Below, piece after piece: positions 1 to 9,557 of a stretch of DNA of 53,188 nt. The stretch comes from a bacterium (lineage in GTDB: Bacteria; Cyanobacteriota; Vampirovibrionia; Gastranaerophilales; Gastranaerophilaceae): assembly GCA_017512405.1 (NCBI GenBank), contig JAFWGJ010000027.1, positions 1 through 53,188 of the forward strand. Reading direction: 5' to 3'. The notes under the pieces are model-generated. The model had not been told where the DNA came from. It ran no database searches and saw nothing but the letters and a program-made list of their open reading frames with translations. The translations under genes were made by a program, and so were the position numbers. The number at the start of each line of letters is the position of its first letter. Within the stretch, counting starts at the first letter, position 1.

Positions 1-168
1 AAAGGGTTTAATCCAATATATGGTGCAAGACCTTTGAAACGTGCGATAAGACAATTTGTAGAAAATCCTTTATCAAAATTGATTTTGGCTCAAAAATTCA
101 TAAAAGGCGATACATTAGTAATAGATGCAGAAGACGACGAAATAAAATTTAAAAGAAAATCCAAATAA
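1..168 (+). CDS. Clp/Hsp100 AAA+ chaperone (ClpB/ClpC-type), C-terminal fragment; 5' end lies outside the window
   Basis: Frame +1 from base 1 reads KGFNPIYGARPLKRAIRQFVENPLSKLILAQKFIKGDTLVIDAEDDEIKFKRKSK, then TAA at 166-168. GARPLKR is the conserved motif of the Clp ATPase C-terminal small domain. Confidence 0.8.
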   Translation, partial: KGFNPIYGARPLKRAIRQFVENPLSKLILAQKFIKGDTLVIDAEDDEIKFKRKSK

Positions 169-253
169 TCGTCTTTTAAATATTAAAATAGCCCAAAAGT
201 CGCATTAAATTATAAAAAACATAAGTTATCATACCTAAAAAAGGTGTGTGTGT

Positions 254-1861
254 ATGTTTTATAACTATTATCAGTATGATGAATATAATTTTGATAGTTG
301 CGTAGCAAAGGGTGTTTGTTCTACCGACCCGACAATTTCCTCTTTACAGGAAGTTATTATAATGTATTTAAAGCAATTAGCTTTTTACACTTTAAAATTA
401 AAAAAAAGAGGAGTAACGAATAAAGTTATAAAAGACAATATTTTAAACACTCTTTCAGGATTTGTTTCAAATACGGATTATTCAAAAGAGCAGTTTCAAA
501 GTATTATTTTAACAATTTATGACAATTTAAGACAATCAAAAATTCTTTACGAGAGAATTTGCAAAAATAATAATGCAAGTGCGGATAAACTCGAATCACA
601 ACTAAAAATTAGTAAAAAATTTGATATGAATACAGCGATAAAGCAAGGTGAAAAAGAGTTTATTAAAAAAAATAAAGTGCTTGATTCAAAACACAGACAT
701 ATTTTTGAAATAATGTTCGTTTTAATAAAAAATGTTTGCATAAATCTTATTCAGCTTAAAAGCTATGAAAAAGAATATAATGAAGCGTATTACGCAATGC
801 TCCAGGTATTGAGTATGATGAATTATAAAAAAACGCCGTCAGATAACTTAAAGAAAATCATAAATAGTTTTACCAAAGTTAATTATAAACTTGTAAAATT
901 ACTTCATAAGGCGGAAACAGAAGCATTTGGTAAACAAGAACCGGTTGAAGTTTCATTTTCAACCCGTAACGGCAAAGCTATATTAGTTTCAGGTTCTAAT
1001 TTAAAAGAACTTGAAGATGTTTTAAAAGCTACAAAAGGTCTTAATTTAGACGTCTATACTCATGGTTCAATGATTATGGGACATACATATCCAAAATTAA
1101 GAGCATACCCTCAATTAAAAGGTCAATTCGGACTTGGAGTTGAAAATTGTCTGCTTGATTTTGCAACTTTTCCAGGCTCAATTTTAATGACAAAAAATTC
1201 TCTGCAAAATATTGAATATCTTTACAGAGGACGACTTTTTACAACCGACATTAACGTTCCGAAAGGTGTTGCGCAAATTAAAGATAAAAATTTTGAACCT
1301 CTGATTAAATCCGCAATTGATGCAAAAGGGTTTGCAAAAGGTCAGATAAGAGATTCCTTAAAAATCGGCTATCAAGAAGAAGTCATTGAAAGACGTGTAA
1401 ATGAAGTAATTACAAAAATCAATTCCAGAGATATAAAACATTTGTTGATTGTCGGTATTTTAAATCACACATCATTGCAAAAAAGATATTTTTCAAGATT
1501 GTTAAAATCCCTACCGGCAAATACTCATGCTATAACACTTTCAACTTATACACCATCAACAAATACTTTCCAGATAAATTCAGGTTATGATTTTATGCTT
1601 ATGTATAAAATTTTGGAAGATTTATCCCGCAAAATGCCTGAAAAAAATTTTGATGTAAGCGTCTTTTTGACAAAATGTGATAAATATGCTATTTCAAATA
1701 TGCTTAACTTAAAAGAATTAGGCGTAGAGAATATATTCTTGGGTCATTGCTCGCCATTATCAATAAACCCAATGGTTACAGAAGCGTTTAAAGACATTTA
1801 TGACGTAAAAATTATATCAACGCCAAAAGATGACATAGATTTTATATTAGGGAAAGTTTAA
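254..1861 (+). CDS. Hybrid-cluster protein (Hcp/prismane)-like protein with apparently degenerate cluster ligands
   Basis: The track ORF starts at GTG 248; ATG at 254 follows AAGG at 241-244. Hcp-like blocks: GVCSTDPTISSLQEV (compare GMCGKTAETSDLQDL) and ILVSGSNLKELEDVLKATKGLNLDVYTHGSMIMGHTYPKL. The N-terminus is MFYNYYQY where Hcp has MFCxQCEQ. Confidence 0.6.
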   Translation: MFYNYYQYDEYNFDSCVAKGVCSTDPTISSLQEVIIMYLKQLAFYTLKLKKRGVTNKVIKDNILNTLSGFVSNTDYSKEQFQSIILTIYDNLRQSKILYERICKNNNASADKLESQLKISKKFDMNTAIKQGEKEFIKKNKVLDSKHRHIFEIMFVLIKNVCINLIQLKSYEKEYNEAYYAMLQVLSMMNYKKTPSDNLKKIINSFTKVNYKLVKLLHKAETEAFGKQEPVEVSFSTRNGKAILVSGSNLKELEDVLKATKGLNLDVYTHGSMIMGHTYPKLRAYPQLKGQFGLGVENCLLDFATFPGSILMTKNSLQNIEYLYRGRLFTTDINVPKGVAQIKDKNFEPLIKSAIDAKGFAKGQIRDSLKIGYQEEVIERRVNEVITKINSRDIKHLLIVGILNHTSLQKRYFSRLLKSLPANTHAITLSTYTPSTNTFQINSGYDFMLMYKILEDLSRKMPEKNFDVSVFLTKCDKYAISNMLNLKELGVENIFLGHCSPLSINPMVTEAFKDIYDVKIISTPKDDIDFILGKV

Positions 1862-2184
1862 AACAATTCAGCATTAAAGAATATACCTTCTGTTGTAATT
1901 TCTTCGTATAGTTCTTCTTCTTTTTTTAATGCTTCTGCTGTGAGCGGGTGTAAATCTATAAATACGTTGAAAATTTCTTCAATTTTGCCGACAATTCGCC
2001 AAATTTGTTCTCTTTTTGTTTTATCTTGTTCATTATCAAAAATTGCAACAAGTTCAATATCCTCATCTTGATGCATTTGTCCATCTAAAAACAATCCGAA
2101 AAGATAAATTCCCTTAAAATCAGTAAATTCACATTTCAAAGATTTTATTAATTCAACAACAATTTCATCAATTTTATCTGACAT
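1858..2184 (-). CDS. Small nucleotidyltransferase-fold (MNT-like) protein with a degenerate active-site motif
   Basis: 108 aa. It has FGLFLDGQMHQDEDIELV in place of the canonical GSx(n)DxD. It overlaps the hisS stop by 11 nt and the stop of the convergent Hcp-like gene. Confidence 0.5.
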   Translation of the reverse strand: MSDKIDEIVVELIKSLKCEFTDFKGIYLFGLFLDGQMHQDEDIELVAIFDNEQDKTKREQIWRIVGKIEEIFNVFIDLHPLTAEALKKEEELYEEITTEGIFFNAELF

Positions 2185-3421
2185 TTTTTAAAATGCCCCC
2201 CAATTCATCCTTCTGAACAGAAATTTGTTCGGAGTTTGCAAGATTTTTTACAGAAACTGTGCCGTTATTAATTTCGTCTTCGCCTAAAATTAAAGCAAAA
2301 CGAGCAAGTTTTGAAGCTTTTTCAAGTTGTTTTGTGAATTTTTTGTTTGTCATATCAAAATCAACTTTAATGTTGTTTTGTCTTAAATATTCAACAAGTT
2401 TGAGCGTTTCTTCAATATTAGTTGAAACTACGTATGCATCAAGTTTTTGGCTTTCTTTTTGCGGAAGCAGTGAAATTAATCTTTCCATACCCATTGCAAA
2501 ACCAACGGCGGGAGTATCTTCACCGCCTAAGTTTCTTACAAGACTGTCATAACGACCACCGCCGCAAACTGCATTTTGCGAGCCTAAATTGTTTGATTTG
2601 ATTTCAAAAACAGTCCTGTTATAATAGTCCAAACCTCTTACAAGAAGTTTGTTTACGGAATATTTTATACCTAAAACATCTAAGTATTTTTTTACGCTTT
2701 CAAAATGTTCATGACACTCAGGGCAAACAAAATCTGATGTTATAACCTCTTTTACTTCCGGTTTTTCGTAAATAGCCTTACATTCTTCAACTTTGCAGTC
2801 TAAAAGTCTTAAAGGATTTTTTTCATATCTTTTTTGACAATCAGGGCAAAGTTCTGATAAATAAGGTTTTAGAACTTCTTTTAATCGTTTTTTGTATTCT
2901 TCTCTGCAAGTCGGACAACCAAGAGAGTTAATTTCAACGTCTAAATCGTTTAAGCCGATAGCATTTAAGTAATTAACTGCAAGTGAAATAGCCTCAGCGT
3001 CGGCAGTAGGTTGAGAAATACCGAACATTTCCATACCTACCTGATGGAATTGTCTTTGACGACCTGCCTGAGGACGTTCATATCTGAACATTGGACCTTT
3101 GTACCAAAGTTTTACAGGTGCAGGAAGTCTGTGCATACCGTTTTCGATATAAGAACGAACAACACCTGCGGTGTTTTCGGGACGTAATGTAAGCGAACGT
3201 TCCGATTTTTCAAACGTATACATTTCTTTGTTTACAATATCTGTTGTGTCGCCGACACCACGAGCAAAAAGTTCTGTTGCCTCAAAAATAGGTGTTCTTA
3301 TTTCGCTGTAACCTGCGTTTGAAAAAACTCTTTTAGCCGTTTCTTCTATAAAATGCCAACTGTCAATTTCTATTGGCAGAATATCTTTTGTTCCTTTTTG
3401 TACTGTAATCATCTTAGCCAT
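2174..3421 (-). CDS. hisS: Histidine--tRNA ligase
   Basis: 415 aa. Class II motifs are present: KLWYKGPMFRYERPQAGRQRQFHQVGMEMFG, GGGRYD and an anticodon-binding C-terminal domain. Confidence 0.95.
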   Translation of the reverse strand: MAKMITVQKGTKDILPIEIDSWHFIEETAKRVFSNAGYSEIRTPIFEATELFARGVGDTTDIVNKEMYTFEKSERSLTLRPENTAGVVRSYIENGMHRLPAPVKLWYKGPMFRYERPQAGRQRQFHQVGMEMFGISQPTADAEAISLAVNYLNAIGLNDLDVEINSLGCPTCREEYKKRLKEVLKPYLSELCPDCQKRYEKNPLRLLDCKVEECKAIYEKPEVKEVITSDFVCPECHEHFESVKKYLDVLGIKYSVNKLLVRGLDYYNRTVFEIKSNNLGSQNAVCGGGRYDSLVRNLGGEDTPAVGFAMGMERLISLLPQKESQKLDAYVVSTNIEETLKLVEYLRQNNIKVDFDMTNKKFTKQLEKASKLARFALILGEDEINNGTVSVKNLANSEQISVQKDELGGILKNVR

Positions 3422-3493
3422 AAAAAAATGTTAGTACAAACAATACGCTAATTCAAGGTTTGTTTTTACAATACAGTATGTTATAATAAATTT

Positions 3494-3796
3494 ATGGATA
3501 AAGTTTATACGATAGAAGAAATAAAAAATATATTGAATGATAACAAAGATTATTTTGCAGAAAAGTATAATGTAAATAACTTTTTGTTATTTGGCTCTTA
3601 CGCAAAAAATCTCCAAACAGCAGAGAGTGATATTGATTTGCTGGTGAATTTTACCCAACCTGTTGATATGTTTATTTTTATTGATTTACAGGAATATTTG
3701 GAAAAAATTTTTAATAAAAAAATAGATTTAGGCACAGTCAATGGTTTAAAATCTTTTGTAAAAGACTCTATTTTAAAGGAAGCCCTTGCTATATGA
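3494..3796 (+). CDS. mntA: MntA-type nucleotidyltransferase antitoxin
   Basis: 100 aa with a canonical LFGSYAKNLQTAESDIDLLV (GSx10DxD) motif. ATGA start/stop overlap with the downstream DUF86 gene. Confidence 0.8.
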   Translation: MDKVYTIEEIKNILNDNKDYFAEKYNVNNFLLFGSYAKNLQTAESDIDLLVNFTQPVDMFIFIDLQEYLEKIFNKKIDLGTVNGLKSFVKDSILKEALAI

Positions 3797-4140
3797 AGAA
3801 AAAAGAACCTATATTTTTTCTAAAAGATATTTATAATTCGCTTGAAAAGATTTTCAAATATACAGAAAACATTTCTTATGATGATTTTTTAAAAAGTGAT
3901 ATTACAAAAGACGCTGTTGAGAGAAATTTTGAAATAATTGGCGAGGCTGTTAAAAATTTAAACGAAGATTTTAGAAATCAATATCCGAATATACCATTCA
4001 AACAAGTAGCGGGAATGAGAGATAAATTAATCCACGATTATTTTGGTATTGATTATGAAATATTGTGGAAAACAATTAAAGACAAACTACCACAATTCAA
4101 ATCGGAAATTAAAAGTTTAATAAAAATTTGTGAAAAATAA
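3793..4140 (+). CDS. hepT: HepT-type (DUF86/HEPN) RNase toxin
   Basis: 115 aa. Rx4HxY HEPN motif in MRDKLIHDYFGIDYEILW. Translationally coupled to the upstream nucleotidyltransferase. Confidence 0.8.
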   Translation: MKKKEPIFFLKDIYNSLEKIFKYTENISYDDFLKSDITKDAVERNFEIIGEAVKNLNEDFRNQYPNIPFKQVAGMRDKLIHDYFGIDYEILWKTIKDKLPQFKSEIKSLIKICEK

Positions 4141-4181
4141 CAATAATTTTTTTGTTGTATTATATAGTCAGAGGGGAAATT

Positions 4182-5600
4182 ATGTACGACAAAAAATCAC
4201 TCAAAGCTGAAGAATTTATTGACCATAACGAAATCGTAGAAACATTGGATTTTGCTGAAAAAAACAAAGATAATGTTCAATTAATTGACGAAATTATTGA
4301 AAAAGCAAAAGAAAGAAAAGGCTTATCCCACAAAGAGGCAAGCGTCCTTTTGTCGTGCAACATAGAAGAAAAAAATCAGGAAATCTACAAACTTGCAGAA
4401 CAAATTAAAAAAGATTTCTACGGAAACCGTATCGTAATGTTTGCGCCGCTTTATCTTTCAAATTATTGTGTGAACGGTTGTGTATATTGCCCATACCACG
4501 CACAAAACAAGCACATTCCACGCAAAAAAATGACACAGGAAGAAATAAAGCGTGAAGTTATTGCTCTACAAGATATGGGACACAAACGTCTTGCACTTGA
4601 AACAGGTGAAGATCCTGTAAATAACCCTATTGAATATATTTTAGACAGTATTAAAACAATCTATTCAATCAAACATAAAAATGGGGCTATTCGCCGTGTA
4701 AACGTAAACATCGCGGCAACAACAGTTGAAAATTACCGCAAACTTAAAGAAGCAGGCATCGGAACATATATTTTGTTTCAGGAAACTTATCACAAAGAAA
4801 GTTACGAACGCTTGCATCCGACAGGGCCAAAACACAATTACGCTTATCACACAGAAGCTATGGACAGAGCCATGGACGGCGGAATTGATGATGTTGGCTT
4901 AGGCGTTTTATTCGGACTTGAACGTTACAAATACGAATTTGCAGGACTTTTAATGCACGCAGAACACTTAGAGGCAGTTCATGGTGTCGGACCTCATACA
5001 ATTAGTGTTCCAAGAATAAGACACGCAGACGATATTGACCCATCAGCATTCGACAATGGAATTGACGATGAAACTTTCTGTAAAATCGTTGCATGCATTA
5101 GAATTGCCGTTCCATACACAGGCATGATTGTTTCAACAAGAGAATCCAAAGAAGTCAGAGAAAGAGTTTTACATTTAGGTATTTCACAAATTTCAGGCGG
5201 TTCAAAAACATCTGTCGGCGGTTATGATGAAGAAGATTACACCGAAGAAGATTCATCACAGTTTGATGTCGTTGATAACCGTCCGCTTGATGAAGTTTTG
5301 AATTGGCTTATGGAAATAGGCTATTTACCAAGTTTTTGTACTGCTTGTTACCGTGAGGGCAGAACAGGTGAAAGATTTATGGAAATTTGTAAATCAAAAC
5401 AAATCCAAAACTGTTGCCATCCAAACGCAATAATCACAATGAAAGAATATTTGGAAGATTACGCATCTGAAAAAACTAAAAAAACAGGTGATAAACTGCT
5501 TGAACAAGAACTTTCAAGCATAGAAAATGATGTTACACGCAGAAAAACTTCCGAAATCCTTAAAGAAATAGAAAATGGCAAACGTGATTTCAGATTTTAA
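4182..5600 (+). CDS. hydG: [FeFe]-hydrogenase maturase HydG (radical SAM tyrosine lyase)
   Basis: Radical SAM CVNGCVYCPY (Cx3Cx2C) plus the HydG-specific C-terminal Cx2Cx22C (FCTACYREGRTGERFMEICKSKQIQNCC). The size fits HydG rather than ThiH. ATG 4182 follows GAGGGG; the track start 4152 is a TTG. Confidence 0.8.
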   Translation: MYDKKSLKAEEFIDHNEIVETLDFAEKNKDNVQLIDEIIEKAKERKGLSHKEASVLLSCNIEEKNQEIYKLAEQIKKDFYGNRIVMFAPLYLSNYCVNGCVYCPYHAQNKHIPRKKMTQEEIKREVIALQDMGHKRLALETGEDPVNNPIEYILDSIKTIYSIKHKNGAIRRVNVNIAATTVENYRKLKEAGIGTYILFQETYHKESYERLHPTGPKHNYAYHTEAMDRAMDGGIDDVGLGVLFGLERYKYEFAGLLMHAEHLEAVHGVGPHTISVPRIRHADDIDPSAFDNGIDDETFCKIVACIRIAVPYTGMIVSTRESKEVRERVLHLGISQISGGSKTSVGGYDEEDYTEEDSSQFDVVDNRPLDEVLNWLMEIGYLPSFCTACYREGRTGERFMEICKSKQIQNCCHPNAIITMKEYLEDYASEKTKKTGDKLLEQELSSIENDVTRRKTSEILKEIENGKRDFRF

Positions 5601-6995
5601 TTATCTGCTTAAAAGAACTCTCATACCTGCCATAAAATAGCTTTTAATTTCATAAAGCGACCGTATTTTTGTAAGCATTTTCAAAATATACAAAGGCCTT
5701 AAATAGAAAGATTTTACAGCTTTTTTATGAAGTTCCATAACTCTTTCTTTTGATAGAGAATAAGTTTTTATAATTGGCTCATAATAAGCGTTGTCATAAT
5801 TTTCTATATCCTCATGTAATTCATTTATTGCATAATTATAAAATCTCGTTCCGGGCAGCGGAGTAGCGGTATAAAAACTTACGAAATCCGTATCCAGTTC
5901 AATTGCAAAATCAATTGTATCTTGTGCAGTCTGTTCGTCTTCCCAAGGCAGACCTATAACAAAATAATTGTATATCTTTATATGCGCATTTTTGAAAGCT
6001 TTTACAGTATCTCGAATATCGTTAAGTGTAATATTTTTACCAATTTTATCAAGAATAAATTGAGAACCGCTTTCCGAACCTATGCTTACAAGTCTGCAAC
6101 CTGCTTTGTACATAAGTTTTGCCATTTTTTCATCTGCCGTATCAGCTCTTGTATTTGCAGACCAGGTAAATTTTAATCCGCTTTTGATAATTTTTTCGCA
6201 AAGATTAACAGTCCATTCTCTGTCCTGATTAAAAATATCAGACCAGAAAATAAAATTTCTTATTTTATATTTGTTTATACACTCTCTGATTTCTGCAATA
6301 ATATTTTCAGCAGAGCGCATTCGAACTTTTCTGCCTGATGTCGGAGTTGCAAGGCAGAAAAAACAATGATGAGGACATCCTCTTGAAACCTTTATTACAG
6401 CCTGCACTTTGTTATTATCAGGACGGCGATAGATAGTATTATCAATTAAATGTCTTGCAGGGAATGGAAGAGTGTCAAGTTCTTCTATAAAAGGTCTTAC
6501 GCCAGAGAATTTAACTACAAAACCTTCTCTGTACCATAATCCCAATATATCTTTCGGTTCTTTTTCTTTTTCAAGAAGTTCTCTTAAAGTTTCCTCCGCT
6601 TCTCCTGAAATAATATAGCTTATGGCTTTATTTTTAAGCATAATTTCATCATTTTTTGTTAAAAATATTGCACCCTTTGCTATATTAATAATTTTAGGCA
6701 GAATTTTTTTAGAAGTCGTAAAACATTCTAAATCGTTGTATAAAGTAGGCGTTGCAATATTTGCAAGTAAATAATCAGGTTTTATTTCATTTAAATCCTG
6801 CTCAAAATCACCTCCAAGGCTGTAATCTCTTACGAAAGCTTCAAATCCTGCTTTTTCGGCAACTGCTGCAAGATATAATAAATCTGTAGGTGGCAGCGGA
6901 GGAATTACAAGAAGGTCTTTTGTCGGCTGTTGACAACGGTCTTCTCTGTTCATTACTGGTGATTTAGGATAAATAAGTAAAATCTTTTTCGCCAT
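5601..6995 (-). CDS. B12-binding-domain radical SAM protein
   Basis: 464 aa. It has an N-terminal Rossmann-like cobalamin-binding region and a SRGCPHHCFFC (Cx3Cx2C) motif. Its stop directly abuts the hydG stop. Confidence 0.75.
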   Translation of the reverse strand: MAKKILLIYPKSPVMNREDRCQQPTKDLLVIPPLPPTDLLYLAAVAEKAGFEAFVRDYSLGGDFEQDLNEIKPDYLLANIATPTLYNDLECFTTSKKILPKIINIAKGAIFLTKNDEIMLKNKAISYIISGEAEETLRELLEKEKEPKDILGLWYREGFVVKFSGVRPFIEELDTLPFPARHLIDNTIYRRPDNNKVQAVIKVSRGCPHHCFFCLATPTSGRKVRMRSAENIIAEIRECINKYKIRNFIFWSDIFNQDREWTVNLCEKIIKSGLKFTWSANTRADTADEKMAKLMYKAGCRLVSIGSESGSQFILDKIGKNITLNDIRDTVKAFKNAHIKIYNYFVIGLPWEDEQTAQDTIDFAIELDTDFVSFYTATPLPGTRFYNYAINELHEDIENYDNAYYEPIIKTYSLSKERVMELHKKAVKSFYLRPLYILKMLTKIRSLYEIKSYFMAGMRVLLSR

Positions 6996-7057
6996 AAGTT
7001 TATTTTATATCAAAAAATTATTTATGCTATAATTTTCTAAAAAGGAGCTGTATAAAT

Positions 7058-7633
7058 ATGTCAAAAGCATTGTTTGATCCCGGATTTTCAAAAATTTTAA
7101 TTTCAGGATTTATTTATAACATTGAAATTCTCTATTACAATTTAAACAAAATTAAAAATTTTGGTCAGAAAAAAACTCAATTTATATTGACTTTTCAAAA
7201 AGGAAAAGGTCTGTTTGATGTTTATTTAGGTTTTTATTTGGGCTGTATGCTTTGGGGTGCTTGCTTAAAATCAATGGAAAATGAAAAAATTGAAGGTAAT
7301 CCGTTTTTAGGTGGAACTTATGAAAAAGAACGCTCACTTGAAGAAATAAATTATATGAAAGCTTTTGTTAAAAGTTTTGACAGAGATTCAAAATATTATT
7401 TAGGAAAGCCGTTTAAAGTTGATGAAAATAAACTTAAAATTCTTGATTTATACGAAGAATTTGTCGATGCAAACGAAGGATTTTCCAAAACAGATACCAC
7501 TGATAAAATTAAACTTGTTGGTAAACTGAATAATGCATCAAAAGAGGATATCGAACTATTTAATTCAAAAATAAACGAAGTAATAAATGAAAACAAAATA
7601 GAAGAATTATTGGTTTTTTGTGATAAAATATAG
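7058..7633 (+). CDS. Hypothetical protein
   Basis: 191-aa ORF with no recognisable motif. The true start may be internal. Confidence 0.4.
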   Translation: MSKALFDPGFSKILISGFIYNIEILYYNLNKIKNFGQKKTQFILTFQKGKGLFDVYLGFYLGCMLWGACLKSMENEKIEGNPFLGGTYEKERSLEEINYMKAFVKSFDRDSKYYLGKPFKVDENKLKILDLYEEFVDANEGFSKTDTTDKIKLVGKLNNASKEDIELFNSKINEVINENKIEELLVFCDKI

Positions 7634-7670
7634 AAAATTTAAAAATTCGGTACACTAAGAAAGGAAAAAA

Positions 7671-9404
7671 ATGCATCAGGAAGAATTTATTGCAGTAGCA
7701 TTAGGTGAAACAAAAGCAGATTTAGTTATTAAAAATGCAAAAGTTGTTAATGTATTAACAGAAGAAATATATGAATCGGAAGTTGCAATAGTAAAAGGTC
7801 GTATTGCAGGAGTCGGCAAAAATTATGAAGGCGAAAAAGAGATAGATTTAAAAGGTGCTTATTTGACACCCGGATTTATTGACGGCCATGTTCATATAGA
7901 AAGTTCAATGATGCTTCCTCATAGATTTGCACAGGCAGTAGTTCCGGCGGGTACAACAACAGCAATTATCGACCCTCACGAAATAGCTAATGTTTTAGGT
8001 TTGCACGGTATTAGTTTTATGCACGCTGCAACAAGAGAGTTACCATTGAGAGTTTATACTATGCTTCCTTCTTGTGTTCCAGCAACTCCTTTTGAAACAT
8101 CAGGCTTTGAATTAAATGCTTATGATTTGTCATTATTAATGGATAGTGATTGGGTTGTAGGTCTTGCAGAAATGATGAATTTCCCCGGTGTTATTCACAG
8201 AGATAAAAATGTTATGGCAAAAATAGATCTTGCATTGAAAAATCAAAAACGCGTAGACGGACATGCACCGCAAGTTTCAGGAAAAGATTTGTGTGCTTAT
8301 ATTGCAAGCGGAGTAACATCAGACCACGAATGTACCGATCCTCAACAAGCAATTGAAAAATTAAGACAAGGTATGTATATTATGGTTCGTGAAGGTACGG
8401 CAGCAAAAGATTTAGATGCTTTAATGCCAATTCTTTTACATGATAATAATCGTAAAATAATGTTTGTAACTGACGACAGACATCCTGAGGATTTAACTGT
8501 TCATATTAACGGAATGGTTCAAAGAGCCGTTGAAAACAGGGTAAATCCGATAAAAGCAATTCAAATGGCAAGTTTGAATACTGCGGAATACTTTAAAATT
8601 CAAGACTTAGGAGCTATTGCCCCTGGTTATAGAGCAGATTTTAACGTATTTGAAAACTTACAAGAATTTAAAAAACCTTTAATGGTATTCAAAGGTGGTG
8701 AAGTAGTTGCAGAAAACGGTAAATTACTTGACGATTTGGAAAATATTGAAATTCCTGCAACTCGTGGTTCTGTAAATGTTGGCTGGCTTGAAGATGATTG
8801 TTTTCAAATAGAAGCTCGGGGTAAAAAAGCAAAGGCAATAGAGATTATTCCTCATCAGTTAATTACAAAGGAAACAATAATTAATGTTAAAGAAAAAGAT
8901 GGTTTTGCTATATCAAATGTGAAAGAAGATGTCCTTAAAATTTGTGTAGTAGAGCGTCATAGAGCAAGTGGTAACATTGGTAAAGGCTTCGTTAAAGGAT
9001 TTGGGATTAAAGAAGGTGCAATAGCATCAACAGTTGCTCACGATTCGCATAATATGATTATTATCGGAACAAACGATAAAGACATGTTATTAGCACAAAA
9101 AGAACTTGTAAAATCACAGGGTGGTAAGGTTGTTATTAAAAACGGCGAGGTTCTTGCAAAATTACCGCTACCGGTTGCAGGTTTAATGTCGGATAAAGAT
9201 ATCAATTATGTAACAGAGCAATCAGAAGCATTAAACAAAGCTGCAAAAGAAATAGGTTGTGTTGTGGATGATCCGTTTATGACAATGGGCTTTTTATCAT
9301 TACCTGTAATTCCTGAAATAAAGATTACCGATAAAGGTATTTTTTCAACGAAAGGTTTCAATTTTATAGATATATTTGATGTTGAAACGGTAGAAACCAA
9401 ATAA
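7671..9404 (+). CDS. ade: Adenine deaminase
   Basis: 577 aa. Amidohydrolase metal motif GFIDGHVHIESSMM, and length typical of Ade. Confidence 0.9.
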   Translation: MHQEEFIAVALGETKADLVIKNAKVVNVLTEEIYESEVAIVKGRIAGVGKNYEGEKEIDLKGAYLTPGFIDGHVHIESSMMLPHRFAQAVVPAGTTTAIIDPHEIANVLGLHGISFMHAATRELPLRVYTMLPSCVPATPFETSGFELNAYDLSLLMDSDWVVGLAEMMNFPGVIHRDKNVMAKIDLALKNQKRVDGHAPQVSGKDLCAYIASGVTSDHECTDPQQAIEKLRQGMYIMVREGTAAKDLDALMPILLHDNNRKIMFVTDDRHPEDLTVHINGMVQRAVENRVNPIKAIQMASLNTAEYFKIQDLGAIAPGYRADFNVFENLQEFKKPLMVFKGGEVVAENGKLLDDLENIEIPATRGSVNVGWLEDDCFQIEARGKKAKAIEIIPHQLITKETIINVKEKDGFAISNVKEDVLKICVVERHRASGNIGKGFVKGFGIKEGAIASTVAHDSHNMIIIGTNDKDMLLAQKELVKSQGGKVVIKNGEVLAKLPLPVAGLMSDKDINYVTEQSEALNKAAKEIGCVVDDPFMTMGFLSLPVIPEIKITDKGIFSTKGFNFIDIFDVETVETK

Positions 9405-9406
9405 GT

Positions 9407-9438
9407 AAAAAAGGCTTTGATTAATCAAAGCCTTTTTT
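9407..9438 (+). terminator. Rho-independent terminator after ade
   Basis: AAAAAGGCTTTGATTAATCAAAGCCTTTTTT: a 10-bp perfect stem (GGCTTTGATT/AATCAAAGCC) followed by a T-run. Confidence 0.8.
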
Positions 9439-9557
9439 ATTTCTAAATTTTTGCAATGAATAAATGTAACAAAATTTAACATCAGGCTAAAATCATGGCA
9501 ATTATTCCGTTTCAGAACTTTTTATTATATTAGATAGTTCTGTAATTAGGTAAAAGT

